Part shown: positions 12,132 through 24,851 of the stretch, one piece after another
Position numbering within the stretch: the first letter of the stretch is position 1
Layout: every line of letters begins with the position of its first letter
Assembly (NCBI GenBank): GCA_001643675.2
Contig: LSRY02000052.1
Coordinates: forward strand, 558,001-622,000
Reading direction: 5' to 3'
From: Monocercomonoides exilis PA203
Taxonomy: Eukaryota; Protista; Preaxostyla
DNA length: 64,000 bases
Translations under genes and position numbers: made by a program
The notes under the pieces: model-generated
Told to the model about the DNA's origin: nothing
Database searches by the model: none
What the model saw: the letters and a program-made list of their open reading frames with translations, nothing else

Positions 12132-15100
12132 AGATACAATGCAGATTAAGTTGGGAAATTTGAATTAATTGAGGTTTTTTAAATAAACCTCTATTAATTT
12201 GAATTATGTCCACTTAATTCAGATAAAAGGACAAAAATTTGAAATCACCATCCAAATTCAAATTAGAAAAGATCATTCAAATAAATAATAATTGTGGGAA
12301 AGGAAAATAAAACAAACAAAAAACACTAATAAAAACAAAGTGTAAATAACAGAAAAATCAAACCTTTTTTGACGGTCTTATTAAACAAACCTTGATAATT
12401 CAATAGAAGCTTGTTTTCACGCAAAAATTAAATAAATATTAAATAAATAATTTGTTAATAAAGTGAAATTATAATTTGTTTTGAGTTTTGTGTGAAGAAT
12501 GATTCACTTTGAAGATAATTTTTATAGTTTTTGCATAAATAATAAAAAGAAAACAACAATATTCTGTAAATTCTGAAGAATATATTTGTTTCGTGAGTGT
12601 GTTTTATTATACAGAATGCATAAACACTTTTTGCATAAAATGGTTATGTTAAAGTTGCAGAATCGTAGGTCTATTTTCTTTTCATTTTTCATTTTCCTTA
12701 TTTCCTCATTTTTTCACTCATTTTCTCTTTTGCTGTAATCTCATAATTTCCAAATGATCTTTCTCTTTTTCTTAAATTAAGCCTCTCTCTTTCTCATAAC
12801 TTCACGCATCTTCTTTATTTTCGTTATCAATTCTCTCTTCATTTTCATACATCATCCCCGGAAAATCTCTAATGCCAACTTCTTTGAAAAGAAGTACATT
12901 TTCTTCCTTTCGCCTTTGCATCTATTTTTAGAAGCATCCCACATTCTCTGTAATTTTTTCCGCTTTTATTTTCTCGATATCCGTTTTCCTTTCGCTCACA
13001 GAGCAGCTGGAGAAATTGGTGTTGCTCGCCGAAAACGAGTTGGCAGAGGCAGATGAGGCGAATGAGATGCACCCGTCATTGGTGGGAGTCTGTTGGTTTT
13101 GTGGAGCTGAGTTGATGTTGGTGATGGTGCAGTTGGCGAGGGAGAGGGAGAGGGCGGGAGAGGTGGCAGAAGAGAGAACACAGCTGGCGGGGGAGGCTGC
13201 GGAGGTGATGTCGGTGATGTTGGAGGAGTTGATGGTGAGGGGAGCTGTGAGGGAGGCGAGGTGGAAGATGCTCTGGCTGTTGAGGGCGAGACTGGTGATT
13301 GTTGTGTGGTTGAGGACGAGGGAGCCAGCAGTGAGGAAGAAGAGGGATGTGGTGATTGATGATGAAGATGGGGTTGTCCCAGTGATAGTGGTTGTGTTGA
13401 GGTTGAGGGAAGGGGAGTTTTGGGAGAGGTGGAAGAGGATGGGGGTGATTTGGTTTGAGGAGTTGTGGGCGATGGCGAGGGCAGAGACTGTGAGGGAGCC
13501 CTGGGTCTGTTGGAAGAGGGAAGACGAGGCAGATGTATCAGTGGATGATGAAGGAGAGGAAGAAGAAGATGATGATAACAATGATGATAACAATGATGTT
13601 GATTGTGATGACTGTGAATATGAGTTTGATGGTTGGAGAATGCTACTGGAGGTGATGGTGGTGGCAGTTGTTCCATTTCCAGTGATTTTTGTATTTGGGG
13701 CACGGAAGGAAAGTGTTTGAGCGGGAGTGAAAATGGAGCTGAGGAGAGTGAGGGAGGCATCACTGAAGGGAGCAATGCATCCGAGAGTATACTCCACTGT
13801 GGCACAGGAGCTTTGCTGTGTTTTGCCACAGGCATCGACATCACTTCCACCATTTGAGACTATTTTGTTCTGGTTGATGATTGGAAGCCAACTGTTGTAC
13901 ACATCACTATCAGCTTTTCCATTATTATACACTCTTTTTGTTGGAGTTGTTGAACCACATTGCTGGAATGGGGATAGGGTTATGCTGCTGCCATTGAAGA
14001 ATACATCATTCCCTCTGCCATTAGTTGCAATATTTCCATCGAAGAAACAAAATATGATGAATCTGATTTCATTCATCCAAGTGAAGGTGTTTGTGCAACA
14101 AAGCCCAGCTCCTCCCCATGAAGTTGAAGTTGATGTCAATTTGTTATTTATAAACTGACAATCATTGACCAAAAATTGACTTGGTTTGTTGCTTGGAGGC
14201 CAATTAAATGTTAAAGAACCAGCTGCATCACCACCAGAATTAGCAATGCACTTGCATTTGGTGAACAGGAATTGACAAGTTGAAGTCATATTATTGAGCC
14301 AGAAATACCAACCCGTTCCACACCAATATGTTATTGAGCAACTTTCAACTCTGTTTTCCGAAATGTGATAAATAGAATTCGTTTGCGGATACCATGTGTG
14401 AACTGCTCCTCCATGAGCAGCTGAACAGCTTGTGAAATTGGATTTTGTGATATCAATTTTTAACAAACTATCGCAATATAACGCTCCACCATGGCCATTA
14501 CCTGTGCATGAACAATTATTGAATGAACAAGAAATGATTGTGAGATTTGCATTTGTGCAACTCACTTTAAGTGCGCCTCCATGATCACTTCCGCTATTAG
14601 AATCATTCCATTCGCACCATTCAAAGCGATGACTGTTTTCATTGAATGAGTCTAATCTGCCTGGTGTTTTTCTTTTATTTTCAGATCCAATATGCACCAC
14701 AGCAGCATTTGGTGAAGGGCGTGTTTGGTGCAGGAAAGAGGAGTTGAAGGCGGAGAGAGAAGTGGATTGGCTGTTGAGGGAAGTAATGATTGATCATTTG
14801 ATAGTGTTCTGAATGTGTCGGAAGAGAAATCTGTTGATGGGGACGCGAAAATAAATAAATGTGATCAAAGAAATAAAATATCTGTTTGCGAGTAATCCTG
14901 AGGATGAAGAGAGTTAAAAATATGGAGCATCAAAAAATAAAAAGGTTTATAGAATTCGGAACACGAAAGAAAAAATGTGTAATCGGCTAAATAATTAGAT
15001 AAATATCGAAAAAGAAAATTTTGAAATAATATAAAATGTTCTTCATAAAAAACTAAATCTTGAAAAAAAAACCATATATACCTTTTAATATTTATCGATT

Positions 15101-15704
15101 TATCTATTTCACGTAAATGATTAAAGGTATTGTTTTTCAACAAGGTGAAAAATGAAAAACAACATTGTTTGAAAATTGCTGTTGCTTAAAACAAAAAAAA
15201 AGCAGTAATTACCTTATGAGTGCTGAACAAAATGGCACAGAAGTTGTTGTTGATGTTACAGTTATTAAGAAACAGTTTGCAATTGCGAAGAAATAAACCA
15301 AAAATTTGATGAAGCTTTTATGATTTGTATATTGGGAAAAATGAATTTTTAATTGTTAAAACCATACATACTCGCATTATTAAACTCATGTTTTCAATAA
15401 CATAAGTTAAAATAGCATTTTAAACGAATTATCGAATTATTCTATTTTTTCGAAGTTGATTATTGAAAGATCAAAATTTTATGCAAAAAGAAAATCGAAA
15501 TGAACTTTTGTATTTTATATCAATCTTTTATGAAAATAATTAATTGCAATCTACTTTCATATTTGGAACATTCAATTCAAAATAGGATGTAGATTTTAAA
15601 AATAAGCAAGTCAATTCAAATAAACAGGGGTTATTTTAAATAACCCCCACAATTTTAAATTATTTTTTCTATTTGAATAATTTGATTCAATCTGCATTGT
15701 ATCT
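12132..15704. mobile_element. Candidate old non-autonomous TIR element enclosing a gene fragment
   Basis: Perfect 16-bp IR AGATACAATGCAGATT (12132-12147) / AATCTGCATTGTATCT (15689-15704) containing TA|CAATG...CATTG|TA; further diverged inverted similarity 12157-12270 vs 15540-15661. Confidence 0.4.
12928..14790 (-). pseudogene. Truncated GGA-repeat beta-helix surface-protein gene
   Basis: ~590-codon frame with HGGAL, HGGAV, WGGAG motifs; no ATG start, in-frame TGA just upstream (~14795); 3' end switches abruptly near 12995 into a degenerate K/E-rich fragment; exon-like remnant at ~15213-15300. Confidence 0.65.
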
Positions 15705-15824
15705 ATAAATTAAAAGATTGAATTCTACAACTCAATCCCACTTTTTGACATCTTTTATTCTCGCTTTCATTTATCCTGTTTCCTTAAACCTGCCTGGCAT
15801 CTCCATTTTTCCTCATAGAAAAAA

Positions 15825-17095
15825 TCAATCTGGTTTATATCGAAAAGAAAGCTCAATATCATCCCATCCTTCTTCTTCCAACATTTCTAAAATTTTACTT
15901 TGAAAACTTCGAAGATGCCTCAAGGTGTATGTGCTGTATAATTCAGTGGCAAGTGAAAGGAAATTCATACATTGTATTTTAACCCTTTCTGTCTGTGTCG
16001 GCCGACGTAATATGTTCAAGCACAGAGAGGCTACTCCTCCTCTTATTTTATAATCAATGGTTATTGTGTGCGAGTAATCAAAGTCAATGTCTTTATTATT
16101 TGATATTAGCTCAAAACAATCGTAAAATGTCCACATATCAAAATATGAAACAATCACGCACAGCCTCGCAATGCAATTAATCACCAACATTTTATCCCAG
16201 TTCCCAAGCACATTGCATAAAAAGTACATATGAATGATTTCGCACCATTTCTTCACAAGATCCGCATAGTCCCTTCGCTCTTCCTCAAATCTCGTTCTTT
16301 TCCACAGCTCTTCTTGTTCCATCTCTTCAACCACCATTATTGCTTCTCTCAAAAAGTTAAGCTTAGTTGCAATAAAGTAGCCTATTTTTTTGTTGTAATA
16401 CATTCTATTGAACAGAAAAATACAAGCAAATAGATTCTCGAAAGGAGTGAGACAGCGATGCTCTTGTCGAAATCTAATTATCTCTCTCATTTTACTCCTG
16501 TATAATTTTGCATCCACTTTCTACAACCTAAAGCATATGAAAGTTTATTGAAATTGTCAATTAAAATGCTCTAAACATACGTGTATCTTGCTGAAGTTGG
16601 ACAAGCCCATCAATCCTATAATCACTACTTTTTCCTTATCCTTCTTTTCCATAATCTCCAATGTAATCTTTAATATACATGGTACGCAAATAGAAACTAT
16701 CTCATCTGCTATGTGCCTGTTGTAACTTAACGCTAAATAGCATTTGCAAAGCTCAAACATGTTGTTTTCATTCTCTTTATCCTTTAGCTTCTCTTCATCA
16801 CGAATCATGTTCTCCAATGTGACACGCAAATGGGAACAATAGAATTGAAATCGCTACGCATCTTTCTTTATTACCCAGAATCCAATTATCTTCAAAAGCA
16901 AAAACATGTTTTTCAAATTTTCTTTCTTTTTCTCAATCATATCGTTAATTTTTTTCTGAATTTTATCTGAAATAACTGTTTCAATTTCAAAGCTGCTCAT
17001 GTTTTCCATTAAAATATAATGTCTCTATTACAGAAGTCTGTTCAACAGAAGTGCAATTATTAAGTTCATCAAGGAGTTCTTAAAAATTATGTGAA
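15825..17095 (-). pseudogene. Degenerate member of a lineage-specific expanded helical protein family
   Basis: Broken frames 16557-16829 and 15825-16517 with ENMIRDEEK..ELCKCYL, CVPCILKI, EIIRFRQEHRCLT, LEMLEEEGWDD; same motif order as the 53.5-54.9 kb copy. Confidence 0.7.
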
Positions 17096-17124
17096 TAACA
17101 AATAAATATTTGAATATCAAATTA

Positions 17125-19007
17125 CCATTGGTGGAAAACCCGGTAGGTGGTGGAAAACCCGGTAGCTAACACTCGAAATAGTCAGTTTTTTTCATTGAAA
17201 AAGCTATCTCATTTTATTTTAAATATTTTTATTTTTGTTTTGGAAGATGTTTGTGAATATAAAATTTTATGTTTATAAAAAAACTTTTCGAAATTCGTTG
17301 AGAATATTTTTTTCTATAATTTGATCAAAAGCATTAAAATATAAAAATAATACAAAAATCTCAGCTACAGTGTGTAGTTCATGTATGCCGAAAATATTTC
17401 ATTAAGCCATTAATAATAAATTATATTTCTCTATTATACAACTATTATTTTTAGTGAACGGGCACGCCAGATACATGCTTTGATTGGAACTTGCATTTTT
17501 GGAAGTCAAACATTTCATATGCAAGTTAACAGTTTGTTATTTTTTTAATGTTATGCACTTTATTATTTTTTGCTATTCTCTTAGTTAAAAATACAAATTC
17601 ATGCTTTTTAGCTGATTTGACGATTGCATATTTTTATTTGAGTTTGTCAGTGTTAAATATTTCATGGCTTTTACGATTGAACAATATTGTGTAGAAAATA
17701 CTAACTTCTTGAGATTATTCAATTTTTAAAACATTTTAATAAGTTGATTCTAATATTTTTGACTTTTATCATTTTTAATAATTTGACGATAAGTTTGTTA
17801 AATGTTTGTTTCAAGTTCCAATTTTGTCTCTATTTATTTTTAAGTGTTATAAAGTAAATTTTGAATGTAATTATCACTTTAAATTTTTTTTAACGATATT
17901 GATAAAACAGTAGATATTTAATATATGTTTTTTACAAAATCACTAAATAAACATGGTTTCCGTCCATTTTCTAAAGAATGTTGAACAAAAATGTGCAATA
18001 ATTATTAATTACTTCAGTTTTTAATTAATAATGATATCTGCAAAACCGATTTATCAACAAATATTTGAAATTCAACAATCATGAGTTTTGAAATGCCACG
18101 TTGAAATTATTGTTATCACTCACTGGACAATAAAAATAATATGTTGAAATAACATATTGCCAATATTTGTTGAAAATTAATTGAAAAATCTCAAAATCTT
18201 AAATCTATTAATTAATAAAAATATATATATACAAATAAAATTTTAATAGCATTTAAATAAAAATAACAAAATAAATAACATCGTTTGTATATTATGTATT
18301 TTCAACTTGCCAAACATATAGAAACAAAATTGGAACTTGAAACAAACATTTAACAAACTTATCGTCAAATTATTAAAAATGATAAAAGTCAAAAATATTA
18401 GAATCAACTTATTAAAATGTTTTAAAAATTGAATAATCTCAAGAAGTTAGTATTTTCTACACAATATTGTTCAATCGTAAAAGCCATGAAATATTTAACA
18501 CTGACAAACTCAAATAAAAATATGCAATCGTCAAATCAGCTAAAAAGCATGAATTTGTATTTTTAACTAAGAGAATAGCAAAAAATAATAAAGTGCATAA
18601 CATTAAAAAAATAACAAACTGTTAACTTGCATATGAAATGTTTGACTTCCAAAAATGCAAGTTCCAATCAAAGCATGTATCTGGCGTGCCCGTTCACTAA
18701 AAATAATAGTTGTATAATAGAGAAATATAATTTATTATTAATGGCTTAATGAAATATTTTCGGCATACATGAACTACACACTGTAGCTGAGATTTTTGTA
18801 TTATTTTTATATTTTAATGCTTTTGATCAAATTATAGAAAAAAATATTCTCAACGAATTTCGAAAAGTTTTTTTATAAACATAAAATTTTATATTCACAA
18901 ACATCTTCCAAAACAAAAATAAAAATATTTAAAATAAAATGAGATAGCTTTTTCAATGAAAAAAACTGACTATTTCGAGTGTTAGCTACCGGGTTTTCCA
19001 CCAATGG
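17125..19007. mobile_element. Non-autonomous foldback-type element, ~690-bp near-perfect TIRs, TA target duplication
   Basis: TA|CCATTGGTGGAAAACCCGGTAG...CTACCGGGTTTTCCACCAATGG|TA; arms 17125-17833 and 18318-19007 are reverse complements; ~485-bp AT-rich spacer; no ORF. Confidence 0.9.
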
Positions 19008-19211
19008 TATTGGGGATATTAAAATGAATGAAAAACCTGAAAATAACTTATCTATGTTGTTCAAATTCTCATTTAAAACAAAATATTGATCTATTCAACA
19101 ATTATTAGGGTCATAGTTTTATCTTGACATTTTGTTTTTTATCAAGACCTTTTTTTTTTGTTTAATCAGTATCTTTTCCCACAATTTCATATTTGAAAAG
19201 AATTTTAAGTA

Positions 19212-19472
19212 CATGGGTGATTATTTTTGAAATCATATCTTTTTTCGGGGTGTCTGTTTTTTGAGATTGTCAGATAAATAAAAGAAAATTTTAATTCAAA
19301 AGTGAAAAAGCATGATAAATGTTTTTAAAACAAATGGTTTTTCGGAATCAAAGATTAAAATGTTAACAATAAGCCTTTTCACATTTTTGTCATTATTTCC
19401 ATATATTCAAGTGTAATTTTTGAACCGAAATTTTTGAACGAAAAAATATGATTTCAAAAATAATCACCCATA
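19212..19472. mobile_element. ~260-bp MITE nested in the 5' region of copy A
   Basis: TA|CATGGGTGATTATTTTTGAAATCATAT...ATATGATTTCAAAAATAATCACCCATA|TA. Confidence 0.8.
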
Positions 19473-19754
19473 TATGTGAATTCAATAGATAAAAATAAAT
19501 ACATTTTGAAACAAACACAATTTCGCATGGGGGGAAGATGGGGGGTTAGGCTCCTTCATTGAACTTCTGTGTAGAATTGGAGGGTTACATGTGGCATAAA
19601 ACCTTCAGTTTGTTAAAAATGTTATTTTTCGATTTTTTTTCATATAATTTCAATTAAAAAAATAAAAAATTATTATGATCTTAAAAATATTATAAAAAAA
19701 ATGAAAATATCTACAGAAACAAAATAAAAAGGTCAGAAAAAATTACAGAAAGCA

Positions 19755-21009
19755 ATGTCTTCACGCAAGTACAGGAATTATCACAGTCGGCTGGATCGAA
19801 TGGCTCACATCGTTGTCGATGGAGTTGTTAGCATAATGGATACTATTAATTCCAAGGAATTCAGCCGTACAGGAATAAAGAAGACAGTTAGAGCGCTGAG
19901 AAAAGGAAGGCTGGTTGGAAAAGTTGGCAGACCTGCAACAGTTGTCGGAGAAAAGGAACAAAGAGTTTTAAATATTATTCACATTGAAGCAAAGTCTTGA
20001 ATATGTTGACTTTTAAAAAAACAAGTGAATTGGTTTGTTATATTTTTATTTATATGTTAAAATCATTTGTTTTTCAGAAGGAAAACGTTAAAAAGACAAC
20101 GATGATGAAGACGCACCATTTACAGAAGTTTCAATGTCTACGGCATATGGCCTTGTCAAGCATCACCCGGAGCTGAAGACTGGAACGCAGAAAAATTTGG
20201 ACATCAACAGACTGGCTGTTTTGTGCAGAAGCGTTTTTAAACCCTGGTATAAAACATACGACGAGCTGCATGAAAAATACCGTTTCAGTCCAGCTTTAAT
20301 TGCAAACATCGACGAATCTTCAACGCGCGTTCCCACAGACTCAAAACAGCTTGTTGTGCATACTACAGATACGAAAGCAGGTTTCACCAAAGAACCGCCA
20401 AGAATGATTAATTCCACATTCGTGGCAGCTGTTGCAGCGGACGGATATGCCTTTCCTTCTGTCATTTTGTGGCCAAGTGTGAAGCTTCCAGAAGAGCTGA
20501 AAAGCCTGTTATCTCCAACGCTTGAGATCTGGGCAAATGGAAGCGGCTGGATGGACAACGAGTGCTTTAAAAGGTATGCTCTTACGATTCTTCTACCTTC
20601 GATTATCGAAAGACGAAAGCGCATGTCACTTGAAAATAAACACATTCTTCTCCTTCTTGATTCTCATGTTTCTCGCGCAGATCCATCAATCTGGCGAGAA
20701 TTCCAAAAACAACAAGTCGACGTTTTAACCTTCTTTCCACACAGCACACACCTCTGTCAACCACTGCACAGAGGAGTGTTTGCTGTGTCCAAATCTGAAC
20801 TGACAAACAGATTTGAAGCTCCATCTTCTTCTTCATCTTCCTCCAAACGAGCAGCAATTTCCGACGCTCTGCCTCAAGCCATCCACACTGCATTATCTCC
20901 TTCTGTAATTCAGAAAGCTTTTGTCTGCAGTGGTGTTCTGCACAATTCTTCTGGGCCAGTTCTTTTGAAACTGCCCGAATCTTCGATTTACCCTCTTCTA
21001 TCCCGATGA
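19755..21009 (+). pseudogene. Inactivated DDE_1 (pogo/CENP-B-like) transposase
   Basis: N-terminal GRP motif; frame break near 20000; GT-AG intron 20033-20077; IANIDES (D1 20311), LLLLDSHVSR (D2 20659), HLCQPLH with third Asp replaced by His (20767, spacing 35); premature TGA 21007-21009 before NRFNFYGKVITDE. Confidence 0.88.
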
Positions 21010-23576
21010 AATAGATTCAACTTTTATGGAAAAGTGATAACCGACGAAAATCTTTTAGAGAAATGGGAAAATCATTTGAAAATGAATATTGAAAGGAAAA
21101 ATGAAATGGATGAAAAGGAGAAAGATGAAGTGAAGACTGTTGTGGATGATAAAAAAAAAAAATAAAAAGAAAATTTCGACTTGTAAAAAACGATGATTCT
21201 GATGATGAAAAGAAAGATTATGCATTCAATAGAGGTGAAGGAAAAAGGAAAGTTATCAGAGGAATTAGTTCTGATTTTGTATTCTTCTAATTATGTTGTT
21301 TTTTTGAACTTTTCACACTTCATTTTTGGGTCAGAATAAAGAAAAAGGGTTAAAATATAATTATTACCCTCTATCATTAGAAACCTTCTATATTAATGCA
21401 TTAATATACGAAAAAATTAAAGAATTAAGAAAAATGTGAGAAATAATAAAACGGAACAATACAAATGAAGTGAAAAATATCTTTCCATGTGGCAGTTCCT
21501 TTTTTATCAGACTTTCTTTCAAGTTTTGATTTAATCATAAATCTCAATGGAATATTTCTTAAAGAATGAGTTTCCAAATACAAACATTTTGCTATGATGC
21601 AGTTTTGAATTAAATATATTTAATTTTTTATCCATTTTAAATAAAGATTTTGATCAAAATTTGAATAAAAGAATTATTGAAAAAAGGATTATCCATCTAT
21701 TCATGGTGCCAAATAAATTATTATCTAAATTTTGTTTTTTAAAAACAAACTTTAAGATGAATCTATATTGAATCATATTAATTGAGGAGTTGATAAACCT
21801 TCACCTTTCTATTAATTTAGCAGTGTGATTGAGAAATATTTTATTAACATTTTAATATGAATAACTCTTTTATACGAAAAAAGTTCAAGAAATAATTCGC
21901 ACGCAGAATATTTTTTTTTGTTTAAAAAAACTTTTTTTCTCATTTTTTAATCGTGTCATTTTTCATTGAAATAAATTGAATAAAAGACAATTTTTGAGAA
22001 ACTGTAAATTTTTCATTGAAGTAATTTTGTTATCTTGTTTTTCACTCGTTTTGAAAGAATGATAAAGAAATAATTTATTAAAAAAAATAAACTTCAAACA
22101 CTTAAAAAATATTTTTTTTGTTGAAGTTGAAAAATTTATTTGTTTTCAAATATCACATTTAAATTTAAATTACTCCTCTGTAATAATGATGTGGTCAACC
22201 CGCACATTTGCATAAACCCGCACACTTTGGTTTTGATGAAAGTTCAGACTGGATATATTTGAAAAATCAATTCGAATTTTTTTGTAAACATTTCTTGATG
22301 AGAGAAAAAATCCGCTATAAATAATATTTCATGTTGGGTCAGCTTTGATCTTTAAACTTGATCCTCTCTTTTTCCTCCACTATCTTTTGTTTTTGTATCA
22401 TATTAACTAACAGTTGAAATGGAAAAAAACAATATTAGTGGAAATATTCTTTTGTCTTTATTGTTCAAATTGTTTTTTAAAAGTGAAAATCAAAAAAGAT
22501 ATAGCAAAAGCCAAGAAAATGAATATCTTTTCAAAACGTTTATTAAAAAATCGTTGTCGTTGATTTCGATCCATAAAGTATTTATCAGCGTAGTGCAAAA
22601 TCAACTGTGCAAAAAAGCTGATGCACTATTTTGCATAATGTGCTGTCCTTGAAGAGACTTTAACATAACTTAAGAAAAGGAAACTGATAAATAAAATAAA
22701 GAATAATACCACACAAAATTTGGATGTTTTTCGTTTTATCACTTCACCACAGAAAGAACGAACAATTTTTGTTTTTTTAGTAAATTATCAAAACAAATTA
22801 TGGTTTTTGTCCCATGAAATATATTTATTCCAAAAATTTAAAATAAATATCTTGTAAAAGTGTTTTCAATGATATCTCTTCTCGCAACGATTATTTAACA
22901 ATTAATAATTAATTCAATGTTACGTTCTGATATTCGAGAATGAGCAAAAATGTTTGATTTTATTCTTGGCATTATAAATATTATTAATTTTTTATTCTGA
23001 ACATGAATAGAAAATAGGCAAGAGTGAGATGATTAACAATTATTCGAAAAAAAGATTTGAAACTCAAAAAAAATGAAAGGACTAGAAAATAACGAAATTA
23101 TTTTTCTAATAAAGAAAATTTCATTCAATGCAATAATTAAATCAAATTTGCTATTTGTTCTCGTAGTGCCGAATTATTACAGCTGAAAATTAATCCTCAT
23201 AAAAGCCAGAACGAATGGTGTGACATTTGATTGATTTTTTTATTAATTTAATGAAAAATAACTTTTTTTTTTACTTTTTTTATGATAATTATGGCGTTTT
23301 GGTTTGTTTTTCTTCGATATAAGAGAATTCTCTTTTTTCACATATCATTTTTTGTTTTCATTTGAAAAATGGCAAACATTGGTTAACTTATAGCTATATG
23401 AAGCACTATTCACTTTTAATCAAGAAATGAATGATTTCACCTCGAGATTTGCCATGGATTAAACAAAAAATCATCGTTGTTGTTTCAAACACTATCAAAT
23501 CAAAGTGACATTTGCACTATTCAAGAGGTGATAATTATGTGGATATGAGAAAGGCCGAAACATGATAAATATGGAA

Positions 23577-24055
23577 AATTCTTTTTGAAAAGTCGCAAAT
23601 GAATTATTTTCAAATAAAAAAAAATAAACATATTTTTATAAAATATTTGTCCGCGAACATCAAACTTCTCTAATGTAAAATCTATTTCTGGATAATGCTA
23701 TTTCAAACATTCTTAAGAAGATTAGTGAGTGGAAACAGAAATTTGAGCTAAATATGAAAATTTCGGTTTTTTTTGATAATTGGGTAAATCTTTTTGAAAA
23801 ATCGCAAATGTTTAATTTACAAATAAATCAAAAATTTCATATTTTGCTCAAATTTTTGTTTCCACTTTCGAAACTTCTTTAGAATGTGTGAAATAGCACA
23901 ATCCTTTTATAGATTCCATATTAGTGAAGTTTATGTGTTTACCAACGAAAATTTGAGCAAAATATGAAATTTCTGATTTATTTGTAAAATAAATATTTTG
24001 CGACTTTTCAAAAAGAATCACCCAAATATACATTTGCGACTTTTCAAAAAGAATT
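23577..24055. mobile_element. Nested MITE-like inverted repeats inside the central transposon
   Basis: Perfect 25-bp IR AATTCTTTTTGAAAAGTCGCAAATG at 23577-23601 / 24031-24055; inner ~80-bp IR 23779-23860 / 23945-24026 flanked by TA. Confidence 0.7.
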
Positions 24056-24851
24056 ACACATTTTTTCTAATTGATTGTGTTATTTTGAAGCAGTATTGTT
24101 ATTATTTTCGATGAAATGAAAACATTGTGAATTGATTTTTTAAAAACAATTATTCGATCATTCTTGTTTCATTTATAATATTGTCTTGTTCTCAAATTCT
24201 TTTCTTTTCATTGTTTTTCGACATCATCATCCTCATCAAAGTCTGGATGCACAACGTACTCCTGTGAATATTTAGTTGTCATTGTTTTTATTGACCGGGT
24301 GGAGTATATCTTTTGAATAAGATGAGTTTTGGTTGTTTCACTAATATCTTCATCTGAATCTTCCGTATTATTCAATTTTCCATAATCTTGTTCGCTATCA
24401 TTTCTTAATCTTTTTTTCTTTATTTTCTCATTTTTTGAATGTGTTTGTGTGTTTTGTGAAATTTGTGACGAAGATATACAGCTGGAGGAATAATATGATT
24501 AAGAACTGTTATATACTGATTGACTTTCATCCGAACTACTCGACGAATGTTCATGAGCATGGGATCTTTTATGTTTCATTTTGGGAAATAGCTGTTCATC
24601 CAAAATGTTATCCTTTCTTTCCTGAGAATCGGAAGGTTCGGTTTCTTCTTCTGAGTGATGAACTTCTCAAATTGTTCCAATCTGTTTTGGAGGTTGCTCC
24701 ATCTTTTCAAGTGAATCTTCCGAAGAAACAAACTTTGGAATTTGCTTTGAATACTCTGAATTTGCACAATTGTCGTATCCGCCAGAATCAATGAATTTTG
24801 TTTGTTTTTTTTTTCATTTGTTATTTATTCTTTTTCTTTCTCAAACAACTG

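Larger units (their letters stand above)
19108..21369 (+). mobile_element. pogo-like (Tc1/mariner superfamily) DNA transposon, copy A
   Basis: Starts TA|GGGTCATAGTTTTATCTTGAC; 3' end GTTAAAATATAATTATTACCC matches that TIR 16/21; encodes DDE transposase; reverse complement of 27126-29386. Confidence 0.88.

Noticed and set aside
19105-19110. TTAGGG telomere seed (also at 63363)
   Set aside because: Single hexamers; the first is just the TA target plus GGG element end.
21007-21009. TGA readthrough or alternative genetic code
   Set aside because: Conserved genes end normally in TAA/TGA and the transposase has other lesions; ordinary pseudogenisation suffices.
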